From Candidatus Heimdallarchaeota archaeon (GTDB lineage: Archaea; Asgardarchaeota; Heimdallarchaeia; Heimdallarchaeales; Heimdallarchaeaceae): a stretch of DNA of 64,000 nucleotides. The notes below the pieces were generated by a model. The model made no database searches, had not been told where the DNA came from, and saw only the letters and a list, made by a program, of their open reading frames with translations. The stretch's first letter is position 1. Each line of letters opens with the position of its first letter. Shown here in pieces: positions 51,011 through 60,698 of the stretch. Location of the stretch: assembly GCA_030603365.1 (NCBI GenBank), contig JAUVXV010000002.1, positions 288,001 to 352,000 of the forward strand, given 5' to 3'. A program made the translations under genes and the position numbers.

Positions 51011-51721
51011 TTATTTCTTTCTTTTTCTGTAAATAACAAATGAAATAGGTACAAGAACTACAATAGCTAGTAGAGCTGATGGAGCAGGTAAAGTTGTTAC
51101 AAACGTCACATGTACTCTTGCATCATAGTAGCTAAATCCAAGAATACGTGGATATAGAGGATTTTCTGGATTATATGTTAAAATAACTGACATACACTCC
51201 AACACAATATAATACCTGAGATCATGATGAACAGTATTTGTGTAAGTTATATTCGTGAAATATGTATCAGTAGTCAGTTGAATCTCATCGAAAGAAAGGG
51301 ATCCCAGATAACCTGTTGCTTGTCGAGTTTCCCCTTCAGTTAAATTATATGCACCAAAATATATTTCGACAGGTTCCAAATCAGCGTAAAGTAATCCTGT
51401 TGCAGTGTGAGTTCCTGTAGGTGGAGTAAGTTCTGCCCAAGGATAAACTTGATGTGCTGCTATATAATCCCAGATTGCTTCTAATTGGTCACGTTGTTCA
51501 TTATCAATTACAAACAAAGAACAATTATCTAGTTCAACATTCAGAACTTCTATTGTCATATCTACATACGAATTATCTTTTTCTAGGAATGTTAACTCGT
51601 AGAACCCAGGTGCATTATCTGCTACAACGTCAAACGATTCATTTATTGCATAAGTACCTGTTGTTGATAAGACAAGTAGAAATAATAAAGTTGCCAAACC
51701 TAAGCAATACCGATGTTTCAT
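51011..51721 (-). CDS. Secreted protein with C-terminal TM and basic tail
   Basis: Signal peptide; LPAP-TM-RKRKK. Confidence 0.75.
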   Translation of the reverse strand: MKHRYCLGLATLLFLLVLSTTGTYAINESFDVVADNAPGFYELTFLEKDNSYVDMTIEVLNVELDNCSLFVIDNEQRDQLEAIWDYIAAHQVYPWAELTPPTGTHTATGLLYADLEPVEIYFGAYNLTEGETRQATGYLGSLSFDEIQLTTDTYFTNITYTNTVHHDLRYYIVLECMSVILTYNPENPLYPRILGFSYYDARVHVTFVTTLPAPSALLAIVVLVPISFVIYRKRKK

Positions 51722-51836
51722 ATTTATTTCTATGTTTTATCTCTTAAATAATTTGTGATAATCTGTTTGCTAGATCATTCGATGTTTCAATGTTACGAAA
51801 TGTTTAATAGTTTATTTAAAAACCTATTTTAAGTAA

Positions 51837-52226
51837 GTGGGAATAATGAAGAGAATTATCATAATTGAAGATGAAAAAGACATCAGCAATTTATACAAAT
51901 TACTTTTCGAAAGAGAAGGTATTCAGATAGAAGAAATTATTTCTAGTGGAAAAATAGCTCTAGAAAAAATAGACGAATTGAAAGATAGTCTAACTGATAT
52001 TATTTTCATTATTGATCATAGAATTCCTGAAAAAACTGGTTTGGAAGTAGCTAAAAGGCTTATTGAAATCTCTCCTGTCTTAAAAAATCAGATTATTATC
52101 GCAACTGCAGATGATACTATTTCTAAAGATCAAGTACATGATTTGGGAATTCCTTATTTCTTGAGAAAACCCTTCAGTTTAGAAGATCTTCTAGCAACTC
52201 TTGATAAAATTGAAAAATCAAGTTAA
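51837..52226 (+). CDS. Stand-alone response regulator receiver
   Basis: IEDE, IDHRIP..TG, ATA, KPF. Confidence 0.88.
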   Translation: MGIMKRIIIIEDEKDISNLYKLLFEREGIQIEEIISSGKIALEKIDELKDSLTDIIFIIDHRIPEKTGLEVAKRLIEISPVLKNQIIIATADDTISKDQVHDLGIPYFLRKPFSLEDLLATLDKIEKSS

Positions 52227-52249
52227 ATAGTTGGAATTGTGATTTTTCA

Positions 52250-52588
52250 TTAGACAAAAGAAGCAGTTGTATTATCTTGTTTCTTAATCTGTTCAGGAAG
52301 TGATATTTCCCCAAATCTTGATTCAAAAGCTTTCAATTGCTCTGCAATAATTTTTGCTAATATTTTCAGTTGTTGAGGTGAGAAATTCACTTCTGTAATG
52401 ATTTCCTTGATAATCGATCTTGGCATTAATACATCGGGACCTACACTTGGTTCATTTTTGTATTCTGCTTTATCTTTGAATATAATCATTTTGAATCCAG
52501 CTACAGAGTGAACCATTTGTATGCTTTCAGCATAGAAGCTAGGGACATCAGCTTTTCTTTCTACTTTCATAGGAATGTTTCTACTCAT
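52250..52588 (-). CDS. DUF3467-like protein
   Basis: FYAE…F.MIIF…V.FSPQQLK.L…L..FE.RFGEI pattern. Confidence 0.65.
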   Translation of the reverse strand: MSRNIPMKVERKADVPSFYAESIQMVHSVAGFKMIIFKDKAEYKNEPSVGPDVLMPRSIIKEIITEVNFSPQQLKILAKIIAEQLKAFESRFGEISLPEQIKKQDNTTASFV

Positions 52589-52676
52589 TATTATCAGAAA
52601 AAAAGTAATATTGGAGAATAAAAATATATTGTTTAACAAAAAATATTAGAAACTATATTAACTGTGTTGAATCAGA

Positions 52677-53243
52677 ATGTCCGAAATATACACAGGAGTC
52701 AAATTTAAATATATAAGGTTAGGAGACATACAACCTTCAGAAGAAGTTGAATATCAAGCACAGAATATATCAAAGGTTCTTGGTGAGCTACCTACTGACT
52801 GTTCTTCTGGTTCTTCTGGAAATATTAGTGTGAAAACAGAAGGAGGAATTCTGATTTCGTCTAGTGGTTCTCTTCTGAAAAACTTACTTTATCCAGAACA
52901 TTTCTGTGAGGTTGTTTCAAATAGCGATGAAAAGAGGATTCGGTTCTTTGGTAAAGATTTACCTAGCTCTGAAACAAGGATGCACTTATTGATACATGAA
53001 AAACGAGTTGAAATAAAATACTGTCTTCACATTCATACTTCAAATATAACTAAACTTCAAATTCTAAATAGATTTCCTATTACTAGTCAGTTTCTTTCTT
53101 ATGGAACCATTAATCTAGCTCAAGAAGCATCAAATAATCTTCAAAGTAATGACATCGTGATTTTAAGAGATCATGGTATTGTTATTGTTGGTGAGGATTT
53201 AGTTTCTATCTTCAGAGAATCAGTTAGGGTTAGTAGCTTGTAA
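52677..53243 (+). CDS. Class II aldolase/adducin family protein
   Basis: GNISV, PSSE..MH, HIH, RDHG. Confidence 0.88.
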   Translation: MSEIYTGVKFKYIRLGDIQPSEEVEYQAQNISKVLGELPTDCSSGSSGNISVKTEGGILISSSGSLLKNLLYPEHFCEVVSNSDEKRIRFFGKDLPSSETRMHLLIHEKRVEIKYCLHIHTSNITKLQILNRFPITSQFLSYGTINLAQEASNNLQSNDIVILRDHGIVIVGEDLVSIFRESVRVSSL

Positions 53244-53324
53244 AGAAGTATTAGTGCTAGGAATTCTCAGACATTCCGCTATTGATGACAAAACTTTTTG
53301 AATAATTGCAATCAACTCACCTTA

Positions 53325-54377
53325 ATGCCTACATTTGCTATTGGAGTTATTCTATCCTTAACAGCTGCCCTTGGTTGGGGTTCAGCTTTAGTTTCTTTCA
53401 AAGTAGGTGTTAAAAATGTTGATGCTCTTGCTGCAACTTATATTAGAGGAATCATTGCAGTTCCATTATTGCTTATCCTAGGGATTACGATAAATGGTAC
53501 AGAAACATTTACAAAACTTTTTCTTTATCCTAATTACTTGTGGTTAATCTTCGGAGCAATCTGCATAACTCTAGGAGATTTATTTTCTTTATTTGCTCTA
53601 CAAAAAATAGATGTTTCTATTTCCCAACCTGTAACGGCAATTTACCCTATTTTTACTACATTTACATTGCTTATCGCAAAAATAGAGAACATCAATTTGT
53701 TCATTATAGGAGGCACTCTACTGATTACTTCTGGAGTGATATTGATTTCTTTCTTTAGTCAAAGAAGTGAGAATAAAAGAATCAAAGAAATCGCAAAGAA
53801 AAACGAATCAAATGAAGATGGTGAAAAGAAAAAAGTTCTTCCAATAGGTATTGGGTTATCAATTGCTGCTGCGTTATTCTGGGGATTTGCTATTGTTTTC
53901 AATCGTCTAATTCTAGAAGATCAAAGTATTGACATTCTTCCCTTAATGGGATTGAGAAATGGTCTAATGGTTGTAGTAGTTGCGGTCATGGTTTTCATCC
54001 GTCCATTGGTAAATAAAGAAAAATACAAAACAAAAATCTTTGCACCAAAAAAGGAAGCACTAATATTAATGGGTGGAGGAATTATATCTTGGTGTGTAGG
54101 AGGAGTATCTTTCTTCACTGCAGTAAAAATTATAGGAGCAGGTTACAGCACGCCTCTTTCATCTATTTCCCCCTTAATTGTAATGCTTCTTGGTGGAATT
54201 TTCTTGAAAGAGAAAATCACTTTCCCACAGATAATAGGAGTAGCAATAATTGTAGCAGGATCTATTGTACTTTCATTACCTGAATTATTGAATGTAAACC
54301 AATTAGAAATTATAACGAGTACAAATGAATTAATGACATGGTTTGAAAACCATGTTTATTTTGGAAATTTCTTCTAA
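53325..54377 (+). CDS. EamA/DMT family transporter
   Basis: Two EamA repeats (AALGWG/AALFWG, FLKEK). Confidence 0.9.
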   Translation: MPTFAIGVILSLTAALGWGSALVSFKVGVKNVDALAATYIRGIIAVPLLLILGITINGTETFTKLFLYPNYLWLIFGAICITLGDLFSLFALQKIDVSISQPVTAIYPIFTTFTLLIAKIENINLFIIGGTLLITSGVILISFFSQRSENKRIKEIAKKNESNEDGEKKKVLPIGIGLSIAAALFWGFAIVFNRLILEDQSIDILPLMGLRNGLMVVVVAVMVFIRPLVNKEKYKTKIFAPKKEALILMGGGIISWCVGGVSFFTAVKIIGAGYSTPLSSISPLIVMLLGGIFLKEKITFPQIIGVAIIVAGSIVLSLPELLNVNQLEIITSTNELMTWFENHVYFGNFF

Positions 54378-54592
54378 CCCCTTTCTCTTACTGTAAAAGC
54401 TTTAACCACTTGCAGAATTGCTATTAGAGCGATTAGATATGCCCAAAAAGCATACATTGACCACCAACTAGCTGCTACAGCAAAGCCAAAAGCAGCATTC
54501 ATACCTATTAGGCCATCTGCGTCAAGGATTGATAATGCTAAGAAAAGAGAGATTACACCTTGGATTAATGAAATGATTCTATAACCAGCCAT
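54374..54592 (-). CDS. Small membrane protein
   Basis: 72-aa hydrophobic ORF. Confidence 0.6.
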   Translation of the reverse strand: MAGYRIISLIQGVISLFLALSILDADGLIGMNAAFGFAVAASWWSMYAFWAYLIALIAILQVVKAFTVRERG

Positions 54593-54657
54593 GTTTTAGA
54601 ATCCTTAAGTCCGATATAAAAATTTTTGTTTTATAAGTCCTAGATAAGTACTCAACT

Positions 54658-55170
54658 TTACTCACTTGTATCTATGAGTTTGTATTTTTTAGCTAATTTT
54701 TGTGCTAGAGCTTCTTCCTCTAATGCATGTTTTTCATCTTTGGTTAAATCTTCAGGAAGCCATTTTGGTGTAAATTTCTTTATCTCGATATAATATGCTC
54801 TTAAAGCTCTTCTTAATGCTCCAACAGCTAAGCTTCCACAATGAGTTTTTACCTTGGGAAGTCCTCCTAAAGCTTCTGATACATCAGCCCAAGTTATATT
54901 CCAAGCATCTTCTAGAGATTTATTTTCAATCATAATGGTCAATTGACTTGCAGCTGCAATGTTAGAAGCACATCCATAGCTTTCAAAACTAGATTTTGTA
55001 ATAGTATCTGTGCTTTCATGAATTTTCAAATAAAATGCGATCATGTCCCCACAAGCTGGACTTCCTGCAGATGCAGCTATAGTTGCATCTTCCATCCTAC
55101 CTAGATTTTGTGGATTTTGAAATAATTCTAGAACTCTTGGAGCATATGGTAATGGTATTCTGCTTGACAT
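54658..55170 (-). CDS. iscU: Fe-S cluster scaffold IscU/NifU
   Basis: GSPACGD, GCASN, LP.VKTHC. Confidence 0.92.
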   Translation of the reverse strand: MSSRIPLPYAPRVLELFQNPQNLGRMEDATIAASAGSPACGDMIAFYLKIHESTDTITKSSFESYGCASNIAAASQLTIMIENKSLEDAWNITWADVSEALGGLPKVKTHCGSLAVGALRRALRAYYIEIKKFTPKWLPEDLTKDEKHALEEEALAQKLAKKYKLIDTSE

Positions 55171-55184
55171 TTTTATTAATCCAT

Positions 55185-56396
55185 TTATAGTTCGATTCCG
55201 CCTGTAATCGATCGAATTCTTGATATTATTTTAGGCATTCTTTCTAGAACATAGTTTACCTGTTCTTCTGTGTTGAGTCTATTCAGTTTCATTAATAGAC
55301 TTCCATGAGCTTCTTCTGGTTTTCTTCCTATAGCAGTTAATATATGACTTGGCATCAACACTCTACTAGTACAAGCACTACCACTAGAGACATAGATCCC
55401 ATTCATGCTGCATTCAACAGTAAGAGCTTCACCTTCACATCCCAGGTAACTAATATTCACATTATCTGGAGCTCTTCTTTTTCCTGAAGGACCATTTACT
55501 TCAGCTCGTTCAATGCTTGTTACAAGCCCATATAATAATTTATCTCTTAATCTAGTAATGTTGCTTGTAATCTCATCAAATTGACTAAATTGGAGTTCTA
55601 CTGCTTTTGCAAAACCTGCCAATAAAGCTGGGTTTTCTACATCAGGTGACAAAATTTCTACACTCAGTTGTCCTTCATACAGTGCTTTAATTTTAACTCC
55701 TTCTTTAACATATAATCCCGCGATACCTTTAGGACCAAGAATCTTATTACTACTAATTGTTGCCATATCAACTTCGATTTTACTGTAATCTAAAGGAATT
55801 CGTCCAAAAGCTGATGTTGCATCTGTATGAAAGAAGATATCTTCATTTTTATCTTTAACAATTTCAAGAGCTTTCTTTATTGGCTGTATTGTCCCAATTT
55901 CATGGTTAATAGTTTGTAAGCTTACAAGAAGAGTATTATCATCGAGTTTTTCTTGTAAGACATCCAGATTAATTGTTCCGTCATTCGAAACAGGGATAAT
56001 ATCAACTTGATACTGTTGATTGAAAAGTGATTTAGCAGCATGTATGACACTTAGATGTTCCGCTTCTGATACGATTATTTTTTTCCTCTTTTTATTAAGC
56101 GGAAGAATGCCTTTTATCGCTAGATTGTTTGATTCTGTGTAACTGTGGGTTAATGCTAAAGATTGAGGATTGATACTTAATGGTTTAGCGATTTTAGTCT
56201 TTGCTTTAACGTAAAAATCGTATGTTTCCCAGCCCATTTTATGAGTAATCGCAGGATTACCATATGTCTTCTCGAGATAAATTGGAATCATTGCATCTAA
56301 TACTTCTTTATCCACAACTGATCCATTTTCCCAATCTAAATATACATCTTGAACCGGAGTTCCATGTTGTTCTAATAATCCTTCCACGTTTGACAT
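55185..56396 (-). CDS. iscS: IscS/NifS-like class V PLP-fold protein with divergent active-site residues
   Basis: EH.SV, NHEIGTIQP, SSNK..GPKG, SSGSAC; adjacent to iscU. Confidence 0.8.
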   Translation of the reverse strand: MSNVEGLLEQHGTPVQDVYLDWENGSVVDKEVLDAMIPIYLEKTYGNPAITHKMGWETYDFYVKAKTKIAKPLSINPQSLALTHSYTESNNLAIKGILPLNKKRKKIIVSEAEHLSVIHAAKSLFNQQYQVDIIPVSNDGTINLDVLQEKLDDNTLLVSLQTINHEIGTIQPIKKALEIVKDKNEDIFFHTDATSAFGRIPLDYSKIEVDMATISSNKILGPKGIAGLYVKEGVKIKALYEGQLSVEILSPDVENPALLAGFAKAVELQFSQFDEITSNITRLRDKLLYGLVTSIERAEVNGPSGKRRAPDNVNISYLGCEGEALTVECSMNGIYVSSGSACTSRVLMPSHILTAIGRKPEEAHGSLLMKLNRLNTEEQVNYVLERMPKIISRIRSITGGIEL

Positions 56397-56400
56397 GTTT

Positions 56401-56655
56401 TTAACCTAGTAATTCTGTTAAGAAAATTTCAACTTGGTCAACTTCAGATAACATCAATTTTCCTGTTCTATAGAACGATATCTTATGTTTGCCGTATTGA
56501 TACTTCTCCACCATGTTGCCAATTTTTTGTATCAGATTACATTTTTCTTGTAATTTATGTTGGACTTCATCAATAGTTCCCCATTTGAGCATGATAACAT
56601 AGCTGTTATCCTTTTTACAACTCTCAACTATTGAGTCCACATATTTCTGGTACAA
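56401..56655 (-). CDS. Small hypothetical protein, probably co-transcribed with iscSU
   Basis: 4-bp gap to iscS; ISFYRTGKLML. Confidence 0.65.
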   Translation of the reverse strand: MYQKYVDSIVESCKKDNSYVIMLKWGTIDEVQHKLQEKCNLIQKIGNMVEKYQYGKHKISFYRTGKLMLSEVDQVEIFLTELLG

Positions 56656-56710
56656 TAATTAACACCTAGTTACAAGCTTAGTGAGATAAAGGACTTATTT
56701 AACCTTTGTT

Positions 56711-57208
56711 TCAATCAAAATTTTCTTTACTTTTTATGATGATTTCTTGACAGTTTTTACAGAGAAATGATGGTTTTTCTTTAGCTTCGTTTAAACTATT
56801 GGAATATTGCATCACACAAAAATTTTGACAGTGCTCTAGACCCAAAATATGACCACATTCATGGATACTCTCTTTAATTCTCATTTCTCTAGTTTCTAGA
56901 CGATGAAAAGAAACTATAGCGCCATAAAACTTTGAGGCTAGACCGAAAATAAAATCCATGACTGGCACATACAAATCTTTTGTTACTATCCAAAAAAAGA
57001 AACGTAAATTCTTTTTGTCAATTAACATATTTAGAAGTTTCTGACCATCAAACTGATCTCTTTTTTTATTATAGGTTTTATTATCTAACTTGCATTCTTT
57101 TAATTCCTTTATCTCAACATTGTATGTTTCCTCTAGATGTTTAGCTATCCCTTTTACTTCACTAATCTCCAAATTTGGGTCGTAAAGAATGGTTATGGGA
57201 GGAAACAT
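56711..57208 (-). CDS. amzA: Archaemetzincin (M54) zinc protease
   Basis: HECGHILGLEHC…CVM…CKNC; DLY…FIFG. Confidence 0.9.
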   Translation of the reverse strand: MFPPITILYDPNLEISEVKGIAKHLEETYNVEIKELKECKLDNKTYNKKRDQFDGQKLLNMLIDKKNLRFFFWIVTKDLYVPVMDFIFGLASKFYGAIVSFHRLETREMRIKESIHECGHILGLEHCQNFCVMQYSNSLNEAKEKPSFLCKNCQEIIIKSKENFD

Positions 57209-57273
57209 AAGTTATTCTACATAATGAGATGTTTAAATTTTTCGTAATCTGTTTAAGTAAGAGTACTAAATAT

Positions 57274-58545
57274 TCATTGTATTAACTTCGAACTAATTTT
57301 ATTTTCCTTTGCTATTTCAGCAAATATCTTTGCAGAATCTCTCACTTTACGTTCCTGAGTTTCATAATCTACTCCTATCATTCCAAAGCGAGGTTCAAAA
57401 CCTTCAGCCCACTCCCAATTATCAAGAGTGGACCAATAGAAATATCCTCTCACATCTGCACCTTCTTGAATAGATTTATGAACTTGAAGTAAGTGTTGGA
57501 GGATAAATTCTTGTCTTTTACTATCATCAAGAGTCGCTATACCATTCTCTGTAACATAAATTGGACCTTTATATGCTTCTTTTACTCTCATTATATTCTC
57601 ATACAACCCCTCTGGATATACGCCCCATCCCATTTGAGTTACTTCTGTTACACTAGGAAGTTTGAAATCAAGAGCAACAGGCAAACCAAACTTAAATCGG
57701 AAGTAAACTGCATCATAATAGTTTACACCAAAATAATCTATTGTGTCTCTCATCCAATTTTTATAAGTGGAAGGTACAAAAGGTACTTTGCCTTTGATGA
57801 CAGCATCAATTGCAACTTGATTATATGCATTATCTAAAGTTGAAGTTACTTTTCTTTGCCAAAAATTCCCATGATATTTCTGATAAAAATAAGGAAAACT
57901 TTTTACTATACCAACTTGACTATCTGGATTAAATTTTTTCAATGTGTTGTAAGCGATAGAATGAGCCTTCATCATGTTGCGATAAACCTTCAGATAGGCA
58001 ATTAGAGATTTTCGTCCAGGAGGAAACTCACCATAGAAGTAACTCATTAGTGGGACTACTCCAGGTTCATTAATAGGATTCCAGAATTCTATTTCAGGAA
58101 AGTTTTTTGCAATAACCTCGCAATATTCCTGGAAATGTCTTAGATTTTTTGTTTTTAGAAATCCTCCTTTTCTTTCAAACCAGATAGGAATTGTAAAGTG
58201 ATATAAGGTTACAAAACTTTTTAGTGCATTCTTTTTCAAAGATTCGAATACCTTATGATAATGCTCTATTTCCTCTGTATCAACTTTATTTTCTTGAGGA
58301 AAAATCCTGCTCCATTCAATGCCAGTTCTATGTGAATTATGATTCAGTTTTCTGAATAGGATATGATCCTTCTCAAACAGACCATAATGATTTGAGGATT
58401 CACCGCATTTATCATCATTTTTTATATTTCCAGGTTTCTGTTCAAATTCGTACCAGTCATTATTGTAATTATTTCCTTCAGTCTGATATGCTGATTGAGC
58501 ACCACCCCACAGAAAACCATTTGGAAAATTATAATCTTGAGACAT
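57274..58545 (-). CDS. Glycoside hydrolase family 1 (beta-glucosidase-like)
   Basis: AYQTEG, EWSRI, NEP, TENG, DNWEWAEG. Confidence 0.95.
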   Translation of the reverse strand: MSQDYNFPNGFLWGGAQSAYQTEGNNYNNDWYEFEQKPGNIKNDDKCGESSNHYGLFEKDHILFRKLNHNSHRTGIEWSRIFPQENKVDTEEIEHYHKVFESLKKNALKSFVTLYHFTIPIWFERKGGFLKTKNLRHFQEYCEVIAKNFPEIEFWNPINEPGVVPLMSYFYGEFPPGRKSLIAYLKVYRNMMKAHSIAYNTLKKFNPDSQVGIVKSFPYFYQKYHGNFWQRKVTSTLDNAYNQVAIDAVIKGKVPFVPSTYKNWMRDTIDYFGVNYYDAVYFRFKFGLPVALDFKLPSVTEVTQMGWGVYPEGLYENIMRVKEAYKGPIYVTENGIATLDDSKRQEFILQHLLQVHKSIQEGADVRGYFYWSTLDNWEWAEGFEPRFGMIGVDYETQERKVRDSAKIFAEIAKENKISSKLIQ

Positions 58546-58621
58546 TAAGGATTCATGATTTATTTTATTTAAAACTTTAGTGAACGCAAATTTCTTATAG
58601 CAAAATACAACTCCTCATTCA

Positions 58622-59791
58622 ATGAGTTCTAAATCTTGGAATATTTTGATGGTAGTCCTAAGCACTGTCGCTCCTGATGTGAGGGTAGAAAAGGAAGCTA
58701 GATATCTTGCGAACACAGGACACAATGTAACAATAATTGGTACTAATCCAAGAGGAGATTTACCTAATGAAGAAAAAAGAGATGGATACACAATCAAAAG
58801 AGTTCCAAGTAGTAAGAAATTGTTCTTCAAGTATTTTGAGTTCTGGAAAAATGTTCGAAAATTAGTAAATAAGCAGCAATTCGATATTGTACATCTTCAT
58901 GATTTGAATGTTCTTCCCCTTGCTACAAGACTAAGGAAAAATACTAAGATAATAATTTATGACAGCCATGAAAACTTCCCAGAACAGATGTCAGAAACTT
59001 TTGGTTTTCCAGCATTGTGGGGTTATTCTATTGTAGAAAGATATTACTTAAAGAGAGTTCATGGAGTTATAACTGCTGGAATAACTTATTCAGAGAATCT
59101 AAAGAAGAAGTATAAAACTGATAGCATCTGGATTGCAAATTACCCTTCAACTGTAGATATCAATCTTGCTCATAAAAAAGAAATTCCAAAAGATTATCAA
59201 ACTGGGCAGAAATTCAGAGTTGTACATTTTGGAGTGATGTATAGTAACCTTGGATACGATAAAACAGTTGAAGCTGTTAAACTCCTTAGTCAGAATCTAA
59301 AACCATCAGAGATACAATTTCTAATTATGGGATCAGGGGCATCATTAGAACCAATGAAAGAACTGATAGAAGAAAATAATTTGAGTGAATATTTCAAAGT
59401 CACAGGTTGGATGGATTATCATGAAGCTCTTTCAATAATGCGTTCATGTGATATTGGATTAATATTATTCCAACCAGGGAAGAATAATTTTCTAAGAATA
59501 CCTAATAGACTCTATGAATTTTGTTCAGCTGGTGTACCGTTCATAGGATCCAATTTTGAAGGTTTAAGAAGGTCAGTAGTAAATCGCGAGGAACTAGGAA
59601 TTCTTATCAATCCGACATCTCCAAGAGAGATAGCTGATGCCATTCTAACAGTTTATAATGATAAAGAAAAACTCAATAAAATGAAGAAAATTGCTTCAGA
59701 TGCTTACAAAGAACAATTTAACTGGGAAAGTGAAATACCTAAAATTGAGCAAAAGTATTTAGAATCATTTAGTAAACTTAAGAAGAACTAA
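58622..59791 (+). CDS. GT4 family glycosyltransferase
   Basis: DVRV.KE, HLHD, YDSHE, PNRLYE…GVP, FNWE. Confidence 0.9.
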   Translation: MSSKSWNILMVVLSTVAPDVRVEKEARYLANTGHNVTIIGTNPRGDLPNEEKRDGYTIKRVPSSKKLFFKYFEFWKNVRKLVNKQQFDIVHLHDLNVLPLATRLRKNTKIIIYDSHENFPEQMSETFGFPALWGYSIVERYYLKRVHGVITAGITYSENLKKKYKTDSIWIANYPSTVDINLAHKKEIPKDYQTGQKFRVVHFGVMYSNLGYDKTVEAVKLLSQNLKPSEIQFLIMGSGASLEPMKELIEENNLSEYFKVTGWMDYHEALSIMRSCDIGLILFQPGKNNFLRIPNRLYEFCSAGVPFIGSNFEGLRRSVVNREELGILINPTSPREIADAILTVYNDKEKLNKMKKIASDAYKEQFNWESEIPKIEQKYLESFSKLKKN

Positions 59792-60639
59792 AACCTTCTA
59801 ATTACATTATAAATTTGCTCTTCAACCATTGCAGCTTTTGCTTCAACTTCTGATATATCATTAACTCCAGCAAAAAACTGACCAAGGATATTCTTAATTT
59901 TATCAATACTATATATAAGATCTGAATATTCTGCTGGGTAACCTAATGCTACAATACAATAGTCAACTCCTCTGAATCGAGGATCTTTTTGGTCTTTATC
60001 TTTTACAACATATAGAAAGCTTGTAGCATTGTAATGTTTCATCTTTGGGATTTTTACAGGTCCAGATGTTGTTCCTGTTTCCAGCATCTCTAATTCACCC
60101 ATTCCGAAAATTGTGAATAGTAGAACCCCTAAAGCTAGAGTTACTGTTTCTCTAACACTTTCGTATTCACTTGGGATTTTTTCTATATAGATAGGATCTG
60201 TCCCTGATTCTCCGAAACGATAAAAAGAAACAAAAATCTTATCCATATCATATTTTGACTCGACTTTTGTTACTTTGTCAATTGCATTTGGAATTTGATT
60301 GAAGAATCTCCCTCTTTTTACAATATAGTCAGAAGCACCCATTTTCATAGCATTAACTGCAACTTCTTCAGAACCCTGTCCAGTTATTATTAAAACAGGA
60401 ATTTGTGCAACTTTTCTTATTTCTTCTAAAATCTCTAATCCTGTAGTATTGACCAGAAGATAGTCAAGAAGAATAACATCGATATCATAATTTAAGTCAG
60501 AAAGTAGTTTTAGAGTATCTTCCTTAGTTTTAGTGATGAATACTTCTGCTTCAGGGTATGCTTTTAGTACATTTACTTTAATTAGAAAGGCAATATCAGC
60601 ATCATCTTCACATAAAAGTATTCTTAGTTTGCTCTGCAT
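59788..60639 (-). CDS. Response regulator with an uncharacterised C-terminal alpha/beta output domain
   Basis: CEDD, LLDY, ITGQG, GASDYIVK receiver; C-terminal F..SG..P…GPV…DPRF…YC domain. Confidence 0.85.
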   Translation of the reverse strand: MQSKLRILLCEDDADIAFLIKVNVLKAYPEAEVFITKTKEDTLKLLSDLNYDIDVILLDYLLVNTTGLEILEEIRKVAQIPVLIITGQGSEEVAVNAMKMGASDYIVKRGRFFNQIPNAIDKVTKVESKYDMDKIFVSFYRFGESGTDPIYIEKIPSEYESVRETVTLALGVLLFTIFGMGELEMLETGTTSGPVKIPKMKHYNATSFLYVVKDKDQKDPRFRGVDYCIVALGYPAEYSDLIYSIDKIKNILGQFFAGVNDISEVEAKAAMVEEQIYNVIRRF

Positions 60640-60698
60640 CTTAGATACTCCAAGGTTATATTTGTCAATGGTTTATTTTATCTTTATTATAATGTCAA

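Noticed and set aside
13898-53243. HAD, MTA/SAH deaminase, eIF2B-like protein and class II aldolase as a methionine or deoxyadenosine salvage cluster
   Set aside because: The genes are scattered over about 40 kb and the eIF2B-like protein lacks the isomerase Cys
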